Assembly: GCA_965222075.1 (NCBI GenBank)
Contig: OZ244937.1
Location: 32,001-96,000 of the forward strand
From: Candidatus Latescibacterota bacterium
GTDB lineage: Bacteria > Latescibacterota > UBA2968 > GCA-2709665
Length of the DNA stretch: 64,000 nucleotides
Direction: 5' to 3'
The translations under genes were made by a program, and so were the position numbers. Under the pieces are notes generated by a model that worked only from the letters and a program-made list of their open reading frames with translations, was not told the DNA's origin and searched no databases. Shown one piece after another: positions 18,331-28,266 of this stretch (within the stretch, counting starts at the first letter, position 1; the number at the start of each line of letters is the position of its first letter).

Positions 18331-20970
18331 ATGAAGACAAGGCTCGGTGTGGTCTTCGCGGCTACTGTCTGGGGCCTGTGGACAGGGGCAAACCTGGAGG
18401 CTCAGGGGTTGTCTCCGGCGGCCGTGGATTCGCTCTACAGGCGTGCGAGCAGCATGGATGCGGAGGGCATTCGGGCGCTGGCGAAGAGGCTGGAGGGGGC
18501 CGTGTCGGGCTATACGAACCCTTCGAGACTGCTGACCCGGATCGGCCAGCTCTACCTGCGAGTAGGAGAGGCCGACAGCGCGCGTTCGGCATTTCAGCGG
18601 GCCGTCGAAAGAGGGCCGGGGCTGACCTCCGCGCACGTCGGCCTGGGACGCGTCTATTTGGAGTTGAAGGACGACCCGAAGGGGGCGCTGCCCCACTTAG
18701 ATGCGGCTCTCAAGGCCGATTCTACCTATACCTGGACCCACACCTTCCTGGCCCGCGCGCTCACACAGATCGGCGGGCTCTTCCTGCGGGCGGAACTGGC
18801 CGACAGCGCGCGTTCGGCGTTTCAGCGCGCGATCGGTCACGACCCGAAGCTAACTGCTGCGCACCTCGGCTTAGGGCGCGTCTATTTGGAGTTGAAGGAT
18901 GACCCGAAGGGAGCGCTGCCCCACTTAGAGGCGGCTGTGGAGGCCGACTCCACAAATGTTGAGGCTCACTATGTCCTGGCCCGGGCCTACCGGGAGATGG
19001 AGCGGCTGGAGGCCAAGCATGCGGCGGACAGGGCGATCCGGTACAACCCGCAGTATGCCCCGGCCTACCTGCTGCTGGCGCAGGCGTATCAGGAGGAGGG
19101 CAACCGGCAGGCGACGGTGTTCTACTACAAAAAATACCTTGAGCAGAAACCGAAGGACCAGGAACCAGCCTACGCCTTTGCCCTGGATCTGATGCAGAAG
19201 AGGCGGTTTAAGGAGTTGGAAGAGATCACCTCTCTGATGATAGACAGGCGGGCGCTGCCCCTGCTTGCGCACGCGTTGATGCGGCGGGGGGACTACGAAG
19301 GGGCGATGGGGGCGTTTGAACTCTACGCCGAGACTTTAGACCCGGTGGAGCGGAAACTCTACACCGACATCTCCCTGGTGGGACTGCCCCACGAGATCAA
19401 GGCCTACAAGACGACGCCTCCGGAGAAGCGGGAGGCATTTCTGCGGCAATTCTGGCTGCGTCACGATCCGTTCAAGGCCTCAGGGGGGAGCATGCGCCGT
19501 GCGGAGCACTACCGGCGGGTCTGGGACGCCCGGACCTATTACGGGAAGGTGAAGTTTCCGTGGGATCGCCGCGGAGAGGTCTACATCCGCTACGGGGAGC
19601 CCGACTACCGCTCCTCTTCGCTGGAGCCGAACGCCAAGGTGCCTCCCGCAGTAGAGCGCGTACAGGACGAGATGGCCTACCGGCTCTACGGAGCATCGGG
19701 GTTCGAATTGTCCTTTATGGGACCGGTCTACCCCATTCGGACAGACCTCGGGCGCTACAGGCAATACGCCCAGGGGGATACGATGCGGGACGGAACCGAA
19801 TTAGAACTCTTCCCCGGGGTGGAGGTGCCGCTGGACCCCGAGTTCAGGATCGGGCTGAGTGGGTGGAAGCCGGTGACCGTCGGAAACAACTGGGCATCCG
19901 TACCCTGGGAGGTCTGGGTGTATGCCAACGTGGGGAATGGCTTAGAGATCGCTTTTACCGATGAGTTCCTTTCGGGCAGTTACGACTATGCCCCGATTCC
20001 TGGATTGGACGTTGATGACCTGGAAGGCCTCGATAAAGATACGTTCGTGGGGCAGACCGGTTACATGCGCATGGTGCAGCGGCTGACGGAACTCTCCCCT
20101 TCAGTCCGGGTGGCCAGGGTGTCGACGGAGGAGCCCGAACGCTATAATGTCACCGATTTCGAGCCGATCGACTTCTACTACGATGTGGTCTCTTTCCGGG
20201 GGCAAAACGGTCTGACGGAGGTACAGGTGAACATCAGCATCCCGATCGACCAGGTGGCCCTGCCGGGGGATGCCGACACCACTGTGCTGGTGGATCGCCG
20301 AGTTGCGCTGATGAAGAGCCAGTACACCAGCCTGTTGCCGGCGCAGCAGGACCTGGAGGTGCCGATCTCCGGACCGAGGCGGGGTCGGACGCTGCTGGAC
20401 CGAGTGGACCTGAGGGTTATGCCGGGGGACTACAAGCTGGCTGTGCAGGCGGGGCGTCGGCACACGCGTCTGTTCCAGTCCTACCTGCAGGACCTATCGC
20501 TTGGGGATTACTCGGGGGATGAGCTGGGGCTGAGCGACCTTTTTGTGGCAAGGCAGGTGGCCGCAGCCGAGGCCACGTCGGATCCCAAGTTTGTGCGGAG
20601 AAAGTGGAGCATTACGCCGCTGCCGTCGCACGTGTTCAAGACCGGGCAACACGTGTTTGTATATTTCGAGATCTACAACCTGGTGCGGGATGCGTTCGGA
20701 GCCACGCGCTATGAGGTGACCTACGAGCTCCACTGGACCGATGAGAAAGGGGCCAGGCTCTCGCCGCTGCTGACGAGGATACTGGGGCGGACGGGAGCGG
20801 CGGTGACGGTCAGCTACGAACAGACAGGCACGGAGGCGTCGGTTTCGGATTACGTGGGGCTGGATGTTGGAGAGACCGCGGCGGGACGCCACGTGGTCCG
20901 GATGACGGTGAAGGATCGGAACAGCGGGCAGGAGGTGACCAAGGAGGGGATATTCTGGGTGGCGGAGTGA
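18331..20970 (+). CDS. Secreted TPR + GWxTD-domain protein
   Basis: Signal peptide, TPR repeats, FWLRHDP...EHYRRV...WDRRGEVYIRYGEPD, C-terminal VYFEIYNL beta domain. Confidence 0.82.
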   Translation: MKTRLGVVFAATVWGLWTGANLEAQGLSPAAVDSLYRRASSMDAEGIRALAKRLEGAVSGYTNPSRLLTRIGQLYLRVGEADSARSAFQRAVERGPGLTSAHVGLGRVYLELKDDPKGALPHLDAALKADSTYTWTHTFLARALTQIGGLFLRAELADSARSAFQRAIGHDPKLTAAHLGLGRVYLELKDDPKGALPHLEAAVEADSTNVEAHYVLARAYREMERLEAKHAADRAIRYNPQYAPAYLLLAQAYQEEGNRQATVFYYKKYLEQKPKDQEPAYAFALDLMQKRRFKELEEITSLMIDRRALPLLAHALMRRGDYEGAMGAFELYAETLDPVERKLYTDISLVGLPHEIKAYKTTPPEKREAFLRQFWLRHDPFKASGGSMRRAEHYRRVWDARTYYGKVKFPWDRRGEVYIRYGEPDYRSSSLEPNAKVPPAVERVQDEMAYRLYGASGFELSFMGPVYPIRTDLGRYRQYAQGDTMRDGTELELFPGVEVPLDPEFRIGLSGWKPVTVGNNWASVPWEVWVYANVGNGLEIAFTDEFLSGSYDYAPIPGLDVDDLEGLDKDTFVGQTGYMRMVQRLTELSPSVRVARVSTEEPERYNVTDFEPIDFYYDVVSFRGQNGLTEVQVNISIPIDQVALPGDADTTVLVDRRVALMKSQYTSLLPAQQDLEVPISGPRRGRTLLDRVDLRVMPGDYKLAVQAGRRHTRLFQSYLQDLSLGDYSGDELGLSDLFVARQVAAAEATSDPKFVRRKWSITPLPSHVFKTGQHVFVYFEIYNLVRDAFGATRYEVTYELHWTDEKGARLSPLLTRILGRTGAAVTVSYEQTGTEASVSDYVGLDVGETAAGRHVVRMTVKDRNSGQEVTKEGIFWVAE

Positions 20971-20994
20971 CATCGACTCATCAGGAGGAGGCAT

Positions 20995-22260
20995 ATGGCG
21001 ACAACAGAACTGGCCCTCCACGGAGGGCCGAAGGCGGTGACGATCAAGGATCCGGAAGGGTGGCAGACCTTCGGGAGAGAAGAGGCCGAACGGGTAGAAC
21101 AGATGGCGGCAGAGGCGGATCTTTCCGGGCAAGGCACCGGGGTCACCAAAGCGTTTGAGGAGGCGTTTGCCGAATATGTGGGGCGGTCCTACGCGCTGTC
21201 GCAGATGAACGGGACATCGACGCTGTGGGCAGCCTACTTTGCGGTGGGGGTGGGGCCGGGGGACGAGGTGATCCACCCGACGTATAGCTGGATCGGGTCT
21301 ATTGCGCCGGCGGTGTTTTTGGGCGCCCGGCCGGTGTTCTGCGAGGTGGATCCGCAGACCCTGACAGCCGATCCGGAGGATATCGAACGGCGGATTACGG
21401 TGCGTACCCGGGCGATCAGCGTGGTGCACCTGTTTGGCAATCCATGCGATATGGATGCGATTATGGCCATTTCCCGCCACTATGGGATTCCAGTGATCGA
21501 GGACTGTTCGCACGCACACGGGGCGAAGTGGGACGGGAAGGTGGTGGGATCAATCGGGGACATCGGATGTTTCTCGCTGCAGGGGGAGAGGAGGGGGGCG
21601 ATGAGCGTGGGAGAGGGAGGGATCGTGGTGACTGACAACCGGGAGTATTACGAGCGGATGCTGATCTGCGGGCACCTGAACCGGAGGGGGGTGGCCGATG
21701 AGCTGACGCGGCCGGAGTATCGGGTACTGCGGAATACGTGTCTGGGGATCAAGTTCCGGGTGCACGCGCTGGGGATGGGGCTGGGGGTGGAGCAGCTGCG
21801 CAAGCTGGATGCGGTCAACGGGAAGCGGCGTGAGGTGCATCGGCGGTTGAACCAGATCGCCGAAGAGATCCCGGGTCTGGAGCCGGTGGTGGTCCTGGAG
21901 AAGGCGACGCCGGGGGGCTTTTACGGCTACCGGCTGCTCTACCGGCCGGAGGCGTTGGGCGGGCTTCCGGCCGAGACGTTTGTGGAGGCGCTGCAGGCGG
22001 AGGGGGCGGAGGTGACAGGATGCGATTTTCCGCTGCTGCACACCCTGCCGCTGTTTGCAGAGGGGTTCGATATCTACGGGGGGAACCGGGGCCCGCTGGC
22101 TGGGGACTATCGGGGCTACCGGGAGGGAGACCTGCCGGTTTCGGAGGCGGTGCACAAACGGGTGCTGGCGCTGCCGGGATTCACAGATCCGAAGCCAGGG
22201 GTGCTGGAGCAATATATGGAGGCGGTACGGAAGGTGGCGGTGAATGCAGGGATATTGTAG
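20995..22260 (+). CDS. DegT/DnrJ/EryC1/StrS family protein lacking the PLP lysine
   Basis: NGTSTL, VGPGDEVI, IEDCSHAHGA. FSLQGERRGAMSVGEGG has no Lys at the Schiff-base position. Confidence 0.88.
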   Translation: MATTELALHGGPKAVTIKDPEGWQTFGREEAERVEQMAAEADLSGQGTGVTKAFEEAFAEYVGRSYALSQMNGTSTLWAAYFAVGVGPGDEVIHPTYSWIGSIAPAVFLGARPVFCEVDPQTLTADPEDIERRITVRTRAISVVHLFGNPCDMDAIMAISRHYGIPVIEDCSHAHGAKWDGKVVGSIGDIGCFSLQGERRGAMSVGEGGIVVTDNREYYERMLICGHLNRRGVADELTRPEYRVLRNTCLGIKFRVHALGMGLGVEQLRKLDAVNGKRREVHRRLNQIAEEIPGLEPVVVLEKATPGGFYGYRLLYRPEALGGLPAETFVEALQAEGAEVTGCDFPLLHTLPLFAEGFDIYGGNRGPLAGDYRGYREGDLPVSEAVHKRVLALPGFTDPKPGVLEQYMEAVRKVAVNAGIL

Positions 22261-22334
22261 ATTGTGGATTGAAAACTCCCAAGACATAGAATCCGAGATC
22301 AGAGATCCGAAATCCGAAATCGGAGGACGAGGCG

Positions 22335-23657
22335 ATGGCAGGTAAAGACGGAAAGCTGGCGATCTTAGGTGGGCCGAAGGCGGTGACGGTCAAGCGGCAG
22401 GACCGGTGGGAGACGATGACGGAAGAGATGGTCCGGCGGGCGAGAGAGGCCGTGGAAGGGCAGGATATATCCACGCAGGGACAGAAGATCGCCCGGGAGC
22501 TGGAGGAGGGGTTTGCCGAATTTATCGGGGCGAACCATACGGTGTCGCAGCACAATGGCACGTCGACGCTGTGGTCGTCCTACTTTGCGCTGGGTGTGGG
22601 ACCGGGGGATGAGGTGATCCACCCCGACTTCACCTGGATCTGTTCGATCGCGCCGGCGATGTTTTTGGGGGCGCGGCCGGTGTTCTGCGAGGTGGATCCG
22701 AAGACGTTTCTGATTGATCCGGAGGATATCGAGAAGCGCATCACCTCCCGCACGAAGGCGATTTCGGTGGTTCACTGGGGGGGGAATGTGTGCGATATGG
22801 ACGGGGTGATGGATGTGGCCAACCGGCACGGGATTCCGGTGGTGGAGGACTGTTCGCACGCACACGGGGCGAGTTTTGATGGGAAGGTGGTGGGGACGAT
22901 CGGGGCGATCGGGGGGTTCAGTTTCCAGGGGGTGCCAGGGAGCGGGAAGCCGATCTGCGGGGGGGAGTGCGGGATGGTGGCGACGATGGACCGGCACCTG
23001 TACGAGCGGGTGCTGCTGTTCGGACACATCGGACGGACCGATCTGGCTGACAGATTTCAGGACCCGGCGCACAGGCGGCTGGCGCCCTACGGGCTGGGAC
23101 TGAATTTTCGGCCGTATCCGCTGGGGGTGGCGATTGCGCAGGTGCAGATGGGGCGGATCCGGAAGCAGAATGCGGGGCGGTGGGCCTACGTGCAAGCGAT
23201 GATCCGGGGGTTGGAGGAGATTCCGGGGATCGACCCTCTTTATATCTACCCGAAAGCACAGCCGGGGGGATTGTTCATGGCCTTGCAGGCCCGGTATCGG
23301 CCGGAGGATCTGAGGGGGCTGCCCCGGGAGGCCTATTGCGAGGCGCTGCAGGCAGAGGGGGTGCAGGTGCGGGCAGGCGCATACGCGGATGCGTTTGTCG
23401 CAAGCCAGGCAGGGGTGCGGCATATGCCGTATCACTTGCTGCCGCCGTTTTCGAGGGGGATTGATTTTTACACCCACGGGCGGGGGCCGCTGTGGGAAGG
23501 GTATGAAGGGTATGCGCCGGAGGATTTTCCGCAGACCCGGGAGGCGATTTCGCGGATGCTGCAATTGCCGATCCTGACGGATCCTGAAGAGGGGGTGGTG
23601 GAGCAGTTCCTGGAGGCGTTCCGGAAGGTGGCCGAAAACCACAGGTCGCTGTTTTAG
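22335..23657 (+). CDS. DegT/DnrJ/EryC1/StrS family aminotransferase
   Basis: VEDCSHAHGA and FSFQGVPGSGKPICGGECG with Lys retained. Confidence 0.92.
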   Translation: MAGKDGKLAILGGPKAVTVKRQDRWETMTEEMVRRAREAVEGQDISTQGQKIARELEEGFAEFIGANHTVSQHNGTSTLWSSYFALGVGPGDEVIHPDFTWICSIAPAMFLGARPVFCEVDPKTFLIDPEDIEKRITSRTKAISVVHWGGNVCDMDGVMDVANRHGIPVVEDCSHAHGASFDGKVVGTIGAIGGFSFQGVPGSGKPICGGECGMVATMDRHLYERVLLFGHIGRTDLADRFQDPAHRRLAPYGLGLNFRPYPLGVAIAQVQMGRIRKQNAGRWAYVQAMIRGLEEIPGIDPLYIYPKAQPGGLFMALQARYRPEDLRGLPREAYCEALQAEGVQVRAGAYADAFVASQAGVRHMPYHLLPPFSRGIDFYTHGRGPLWEGYEGYAPEDFPQTREAISRMLQLPILTDPEEGVVEQFLEAFRKVAENHRSLF

Positions 23658-23673
23658 ATATGAGGATCGGAAG

Positions 23674-24600
23674 ATGGGAATGGATATTCTGGAATTGCTG
23701 AAGCAGGGCTTTGTCCTGGGCGACGGCGGGTACCTCGAGGAGGCGAAGTTTCGGGGCTACAGCTCGCCGAGGGTTATTGTGGAGTTTCCGGAGGTGATGC
23801 GGCAAATCCACGTGGATTTCTTCCGGGCGGGTTCGCAGGTGCTGCAGGCCCACACGTGGTGGACCACCCTCAAATACCTGAAACAGCGCGGGGGCGACCG
23901 GGGTTGGGACGATCGGATGGAGGAGATCAACCGGAGGGCGGTCCGGTTGGCGAAGGAGGCGGCCGGTGGGGAGGCACTGGTGGCCGGGTCCCTGTGTGCG
24001 TCAGCTTACGGAGTCCACGTTTTTGACCCCAACGATAGGGCGGCCTGCGATGCGGCACAGGCGGAGTGGGACGAACAGATCGCCGTGATGGTGGACGGGG
24101 GGGTGGACCTGCTGATCTGCGAGGCGTTCCACTGGCTGGACGAGGCGCGGCTGGCCCTGGCGTGCTGCAAGAAGACGGGGATCCCCACGGCGGTCACGAT
24201 GAGCGGTGGCAACTGGGCGAGTTTGTGGCTGAAGACGGAGGGCTGGCCGGGAGAGGATGGTGCGTCTCCGGCCGAGTGCGCACGCGTCCTGGTGGACGAA
24301 GGCGCTGATATCGTGGGATCGAACTGCAGCAGCGAGCCGCGCACCATGTGGCCGATCGTGCTGGAGATGCGGGAGGCAGTGGATGTGCCCGTCGCTTTCC
24401 AGCCGGTCGGCTACAGGAGAACGGCCGCTGGCTGGCGGCCGATCCGGGAATCGATGATCGTCCCGGGGGTGGAGATGGCAGAGTACGCCCTGCGGGCGAA
24501 AGATCATGGGATCAATTACATCGGTGCCTGCTGCGGCGCCGGGCCCGAGCACATCCGTGAGATGGCGCAGGCGCTGGGGTGTGAACGAGAGCCGATCTGA
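23674..24600 (+). CDS. HMT family protein (#4)
   Basis: LGDGGY, GSNC, GACCGAGPEH. Close paralog of #2 and #3. Confidence 0.9.
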   Translation: MGMDILELLKQGFVLGDGGYLEEAKFRGYSSPRVIVEFPEVMRQIHVDFFRAGSQVLQAHTWWTTLKYLKQRGGDRGWDDRMEEINRRAVRLAKEAAGGEALVAGSLCASAYGVHVFDPNDRAACDAAQAEWDEQIAVMVDGGVDLLICEAFHWLDEARLALACCKKTGIPTAVTMSGGNWASLWLKTEGWPGEDGASPAECARVLVDEGADIVGSNCSSEPRTMWPIVLEMREAVDVPVAFQPVGYRRTAAGWRPIRESMIVPGVEMAEYALRAKDHGINYIGACCGAGPEHIREMAQALGCEREPI

Positions 24601-24653
24601 TCAAAAACGCCACGGAATCCACGGAAGGACACGGAAAGGCAAGTGGGATATAG

Positions 24654-24782
24654 TTTCTCGCGCCGGGCGATCCAGAGGTTCAGACGCGTGTCATCCGACA
24701 GCGCGACGGCATTCCGATCGCCGATGATGTCTGGCAGTCTATAACTGAAGTTGCCGTGTTGCTGGGTGTAAAGGAAATTTGA
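24654..24782 (+). pseudogene. 3' fragment of an Ldh_2 (malate/L-lactate dehydrogenase-like) gene
   Basis: Start-less frame FLAPGDPEVQTRVIRQRDGIPIADDVWQSITEVAVLLGVKEI* matches the Ldh_2 C-terminal PG(D/E)xE...GIP...W pattern. Confidence 0.6.
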
Positions 24783-24784
24783 CA

Positions 24785-26482
24785 ATGAGGGTTAGCTTGG
24801 CCAAGAAAAGACAGGTCTATGAGGTGCGAGTGACTCGGAATGTAGAAGCGGTGATGCGGGATGGGGTGGTGCTGAGAGCAGATATCGCCCGGCCGAAGGC
24901 TCGGGGGAGATTTCCAGTGATTCTGGAGCGAACGCCGTATGGGAAGGAGGTCCCTGCTCACCTGGCGGCGGCCGGCTACGTGGTGATTACGCAGGATATG
25001 CGGGGGTGCTACGCGTCCGACGGCGAGCTTACGTGGATGTTTATGCCGGGTTACCGAGATGCGGAGGATGGCTACGATACGGTGGAGTGGGCCGCCGGGC
25101 TTCCTTTTTCGAATGGGAAGGTTGGGGCGTTGGGGTTCTCCTATCTGTCATGGGCGGCCTGGGAACTGGCGTCGCTACGCCCGCCCCACCTGGTGGCGAT
25201 GTTCAACGGGGCGTTTGCCACGCGGCTGACCGACTGGGAGGTAGGGGGGGTGTTCCGGACCGGCCGGGCGCTGAAGTGGCTTTTCGGGCACGGCGCAGAC
25301 CAGAGGCGCCGTAAGGGGATGGGTGGGTACCACACATCGGCGGAGGTCCGGGCGGCGTCTGTAAAAGACCGGGAGAAGGCACTCTGGTTTGTGCCGCTAA
25401 AGGAGATGCCGAACGAGTATGTTGAGGGGCTCCGGGAGGATTTTATCTACTGGCTGGACCATCAGAATGAGGATTATTTCAATTTCTGCGAGCGGCATTG
25501 TGAGGTGGACGTGCCGGTGTTCCATACCACGGGGTGGGCAGACCGGCTTGTGCTAACGGTGGACCACTTTACGGGGATGCAGAAAAACGGCCGTACGGAG
25601 ATGGCGCGGGAGAACCAGCGGATCATCCTGGGGCCCTGGTCCCACGCGGTGGACGGGCACCGGAAGGTGGGGGAGATGGATTTCGGACGGAGGGCAAGGG
25701 TCGATTTTAATAAGCTGATCATCCGCTGGTTCGACTACTGGCTGAAGGGGATCGAAAACAGGATCATGAAAACGGCGCCGGTGCGCTACTTTGTGATGGG
25801 GGAGAACCGCTGGTATGAGGCGGAGACCTGGCCTTTGCCGGAGGCACGGCCGACGGCCTACTTCTTCCATTCCAGGGGTTCCGCGAACACGCCCTCGGGA
25901 GATGGGCGTCTCTCGCGCAGGGCGCCTGGACGGGAGGCATCGGACCGGTATGCCTACGATCCCCGGGACCCGGTGATGACGCTGTTTTATGAGAATTGCC
26001 AGGATGCGCCCTACGACCAGCGGCAACTGGACGGCCGGGAGGATGTGCTGGTCTACCAGACACAGCCGTTGCGTAAACCTGTGCGCGTAGTAGGGCGGCC
26101 GGAGGTGCGGCTTTTTGCTGCGTCGAGCGCCCTGGATACGGATTTTGTCGTAAAGCTGATCGATGTACATCCGGATGGGTTCGCCCATCAGGTCTGCTAC
26201 GGGATCGTGCGGGCGCGCTACCGGAAGTCTTTTGACCGGCCGAAGCTGCTGAGACCGGGGAGGGTCTACGAGTATACGATCCAGATGCTGCCGACGGGGA
26301 ACCTGTTTCAGGCCGGGCACCGGATCCGGGTGGCGGTGTCGAGTTCGGATTTTCCGAACTTCGACCGGAACCACAATACGGGGGGCGACGATTACGGGGA
26401 GGCGACTTTCAAAGTAGCGCATCAGGAGGTCTTCCACGATGCGCAGCGGTCCTCCCGGGTGGTTCTGTCAGTGGTGCCGTGA
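24785..26482 (+). CDS. CocE/NonD family hydrolase (X-Pro dipeptidyl-peptidase-like, S15)
   Basis: MRDGVVLRAD, RTPYGK, QDMRG, nucleophile GFSY, GPWSH, YDPRDPV, SSSDFPNFDRNHNTG. Confidence 0.93.
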   Translation: MRVSLAKKRQVYEVRVTRNVEAVMRDGVVLRADIARPKARGRFPVILERTPYGKEVPAHLAAAGYVVITQDMRGCYASDGELTWMFMPGYRDAEDGYDTVEWAAGLPFSNGKVGALGFSYLSWAAWELASLRPPHLVAMFNGAFATRLTDWEVGGVFRTGRALKWLFGHGADQRRRKGMGGYHTSAEVRAASVKDREKALWFVPLKEMPNEYVEGLREDFIYWLDHQNEDYFNFCERHCEVDVPVFHTTGWADRLVLTVDHFTGMQKNGRTEMARENQRIILGPWSHAVDGHRKVGEMDFGRRARVDFNKLIIRWFDYWLKGIENRIMKTAPVRYFVMGENRWYEAETWPLPEARPTAYFFHSRGSANTPSGDGRLSRRAPGREASDRYAYDPRDPVMTLFYENCQDAPYDQRQLDGREDVLVYQTQPLRKPVRVVGRPEVRLFAASSALDTDFVVKLIDVHPDGFAHQVCYGIVRARYRKSFDRPKLLRPGRVYEYTIQMLPTGNLFQAGHRIRVAVSSSDFPNFDRNHNTGGDDYGEATFKVAHQEVFHDAQRSSRVVLSVVP

Positions 26483-26593
26483 GCCCTGAAGATTTAAACC
26501 CGACCTCGTCGGTTTTCAGCATCTCAAACCCAAGCGGGATCCGATCTGAGCGGTGCAGGTCGTCCCTCGATTATCTTGATCTTCAAGACAGGA

Positions 26594-28231
26594 ATGGCCA
26601 TGGCGCATTATCCGTTTCCGCTGCGCAAGCACCTGGTCCAGAGCAGGCAGGGCATGGTGGCAACAGCTCACCCGCTGGCCTCACAGGCTGGGCTGCGTAT
26701 CCTCCAGGAGGGAGGGAATGTCGTGGACGCGACCGTGGCCACAGCCGCTGTGCTGAATGTGATCGATATGGACGAGTGTGGGCTGGGGGGCGACGCCTTC
26801 CTGATCGTCCACCTGGCAGAGTCGGACGAGACCTGGGCGCTCAACGGTGGTGGAGCCGCCCCGACCGGGGCGACGCGGGACTATTTCACGCGTCGCGGGA
26901 TAACCATGATGCCCCTGGAAGGGATTCTGAGCGCCTCGGTGCCGGGGGTGGTGGATGCCTATGTCACCGCGCTGGAGCGGTGGGGAAGTATGCCCTTAGC
27001 CGAGCTGTTGCAGCCGGCCATTTCCTACGCCGAAGAGGGATTTCCCCTTTCCGAACCGGTCGCCCTGTCGATTGACCGGAGCAAGAAGCTGGACCGCTTT
27101 CCCACCACCAGGCGCGTCTTCCGCGACCCGTCGAACCCGGCGCGACCGGGGGGCATCTTCCGGCAGCGGGATCTGGCCGGGAGCTTTCGGCTGATCGCCG
27201 AAGGGGGACGCGAGGCCTTCTACGAGGGACCGATTGCTGAGGCGATCGTCCAGCAGTCGGCCGAAGAGGGGGACGGTCTCTTCACGCTGGAAGACCTGAA
27301 GGCGCATCGCTCCGAAGTCTACCGGCCGCTCCAGATCGACTATAGAGGCTTCACCGTCTACGAGACGGCGCCCCCGTCGCAGGGTTTAATCGTGCTGGAG
27401 GAGCTTGCTCTGGTCGAGGCCTTCGATCTGGCGGCCATGGGTTTCGGGTCGGCCGAGACGATTCACACGATGGTGGAAGCGAAGAAGCTGGCCTTTGCCG
27501 ACCGAAACGCCTACGTGGGCGATCCGCGCTTTGTGGACGCTCCCGTCTCCCGTCTCCTGTCCAGGGCGTATGCGGCGGAACGGCGCAGGGCGATCGATCC
27601 CGACCGGGCGGACAACGCCCCGACGGCCGGGACCTTAGCCGACGGGGACAATACCTCTTCCTTCGTGGTGGCCGATGGAGAGGGGAATGCGGTGTCGTTT
27701 ATCCAGAGCGTCTCAGCGGGATACGGGGCGGGGGTGATCGCGGGGGAGACGGGGATCTTTCTGAACAATCGGGCGGGACGAGCGTTCACGCTGGAGGACG
27801 GGCATCCCAACTGCATCGCGCCGGGGAAGCGGGCGGTCTACACCCTGAACTGCTACATGATCTTTCGGAATGGACGCCCCATGATCGTGGGAGGGACGCC
27901 TGGAGGGGATAGACAGCCTCAGCATAACTTCCAGGTGATCGCCAGTTTCCTCGATTTCGGGTTTGACGCCCAGGAGGCTGTCGAGGCTCCCCGGTGGTCC
28001 AGCCTGCCGGGCACTGACCCGGCTACTCTCGGCGATCCGCTGACCCTGACGGTCGAGAGGCGGTTCCCGGAGGAGGCGATCCGAGAGTTGGCGGCGAAGG
28101 GACATCGGATGGATGTGGTGGGAGACTGGGGGGTGGGGGGGGAGGCGCTGGTCATCGTCATCGATCCAGACACGGGTGTCCTCTCCAGCGGCTGCGACCC
28201 CCGATGCATCGGGTGCGCCATCGGATATTGA
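26594..28231 (+). CDS. ggt: Gamma-glutamyltransferase family protein
   Basis: GMVATAHPLAS, GGNVVDA, GLGGDAF, Ntn Thr in DNTSSFVVAD, FLNNR, GGTPGG. Confidence 0.93.
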   Translation: MAMAHYPFPLRKHLVQSRQGMVATAHPLASQAGLRILQEGGNVVDATVATAAVLNVIDMDECGLGGDAFLIVHLAESDETWALNGGGAAPTGATRDYFTRRGITMMPLEGILSASVPGVVDAYVTALERWGSMPLAELLQPAISYAEEGFPLSEPVALSIDRSKKLDRFPTTRRVFRDPSNPARPGGIFRQRDLAGSFRLIAEGGREAFYEGPIAEAIVQQSAEEGDGLFTLEDLKAHRSEVYRPLQIDYRGFTVYETAPPSQGLIVLEELALVEAFDLAAMGFGSAETIHTMVEAKKLAFADRNAYVGDPRFVDAPVSRLLSRAYAAERRRAIDPDRADNAPTAGTLADGDNTSSFVVADGEGNAVSFIQSVSAGYGAGVIAGETGIFLNNRAGRAFTLEDGHPNCIAPGKRAVYTLNCYMIFRNGRPMIVGGTPGGDRQPQHNFQVIASFLDFGFDAQEAVEAPRWSSLPGTDPATLGDPLTLTVERRFPEEAIRELAAKGHRMDVVGDWGVGGEALVIVIDPDTGVLSSGCDPRCIGCAIGY

Positions 28232-28266
28232 GCTGTTCTGGCTTTGTACAGGCTGGAGGTGATCGC

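Noticed and set aside
26535-26549. cgggatccgatctga matching the HMT #2/#3 gene end
   Set aside because: A 15-bp match is expected by chance in a GC-rich 64-kb self-comparison, and there is no flanking similarity.
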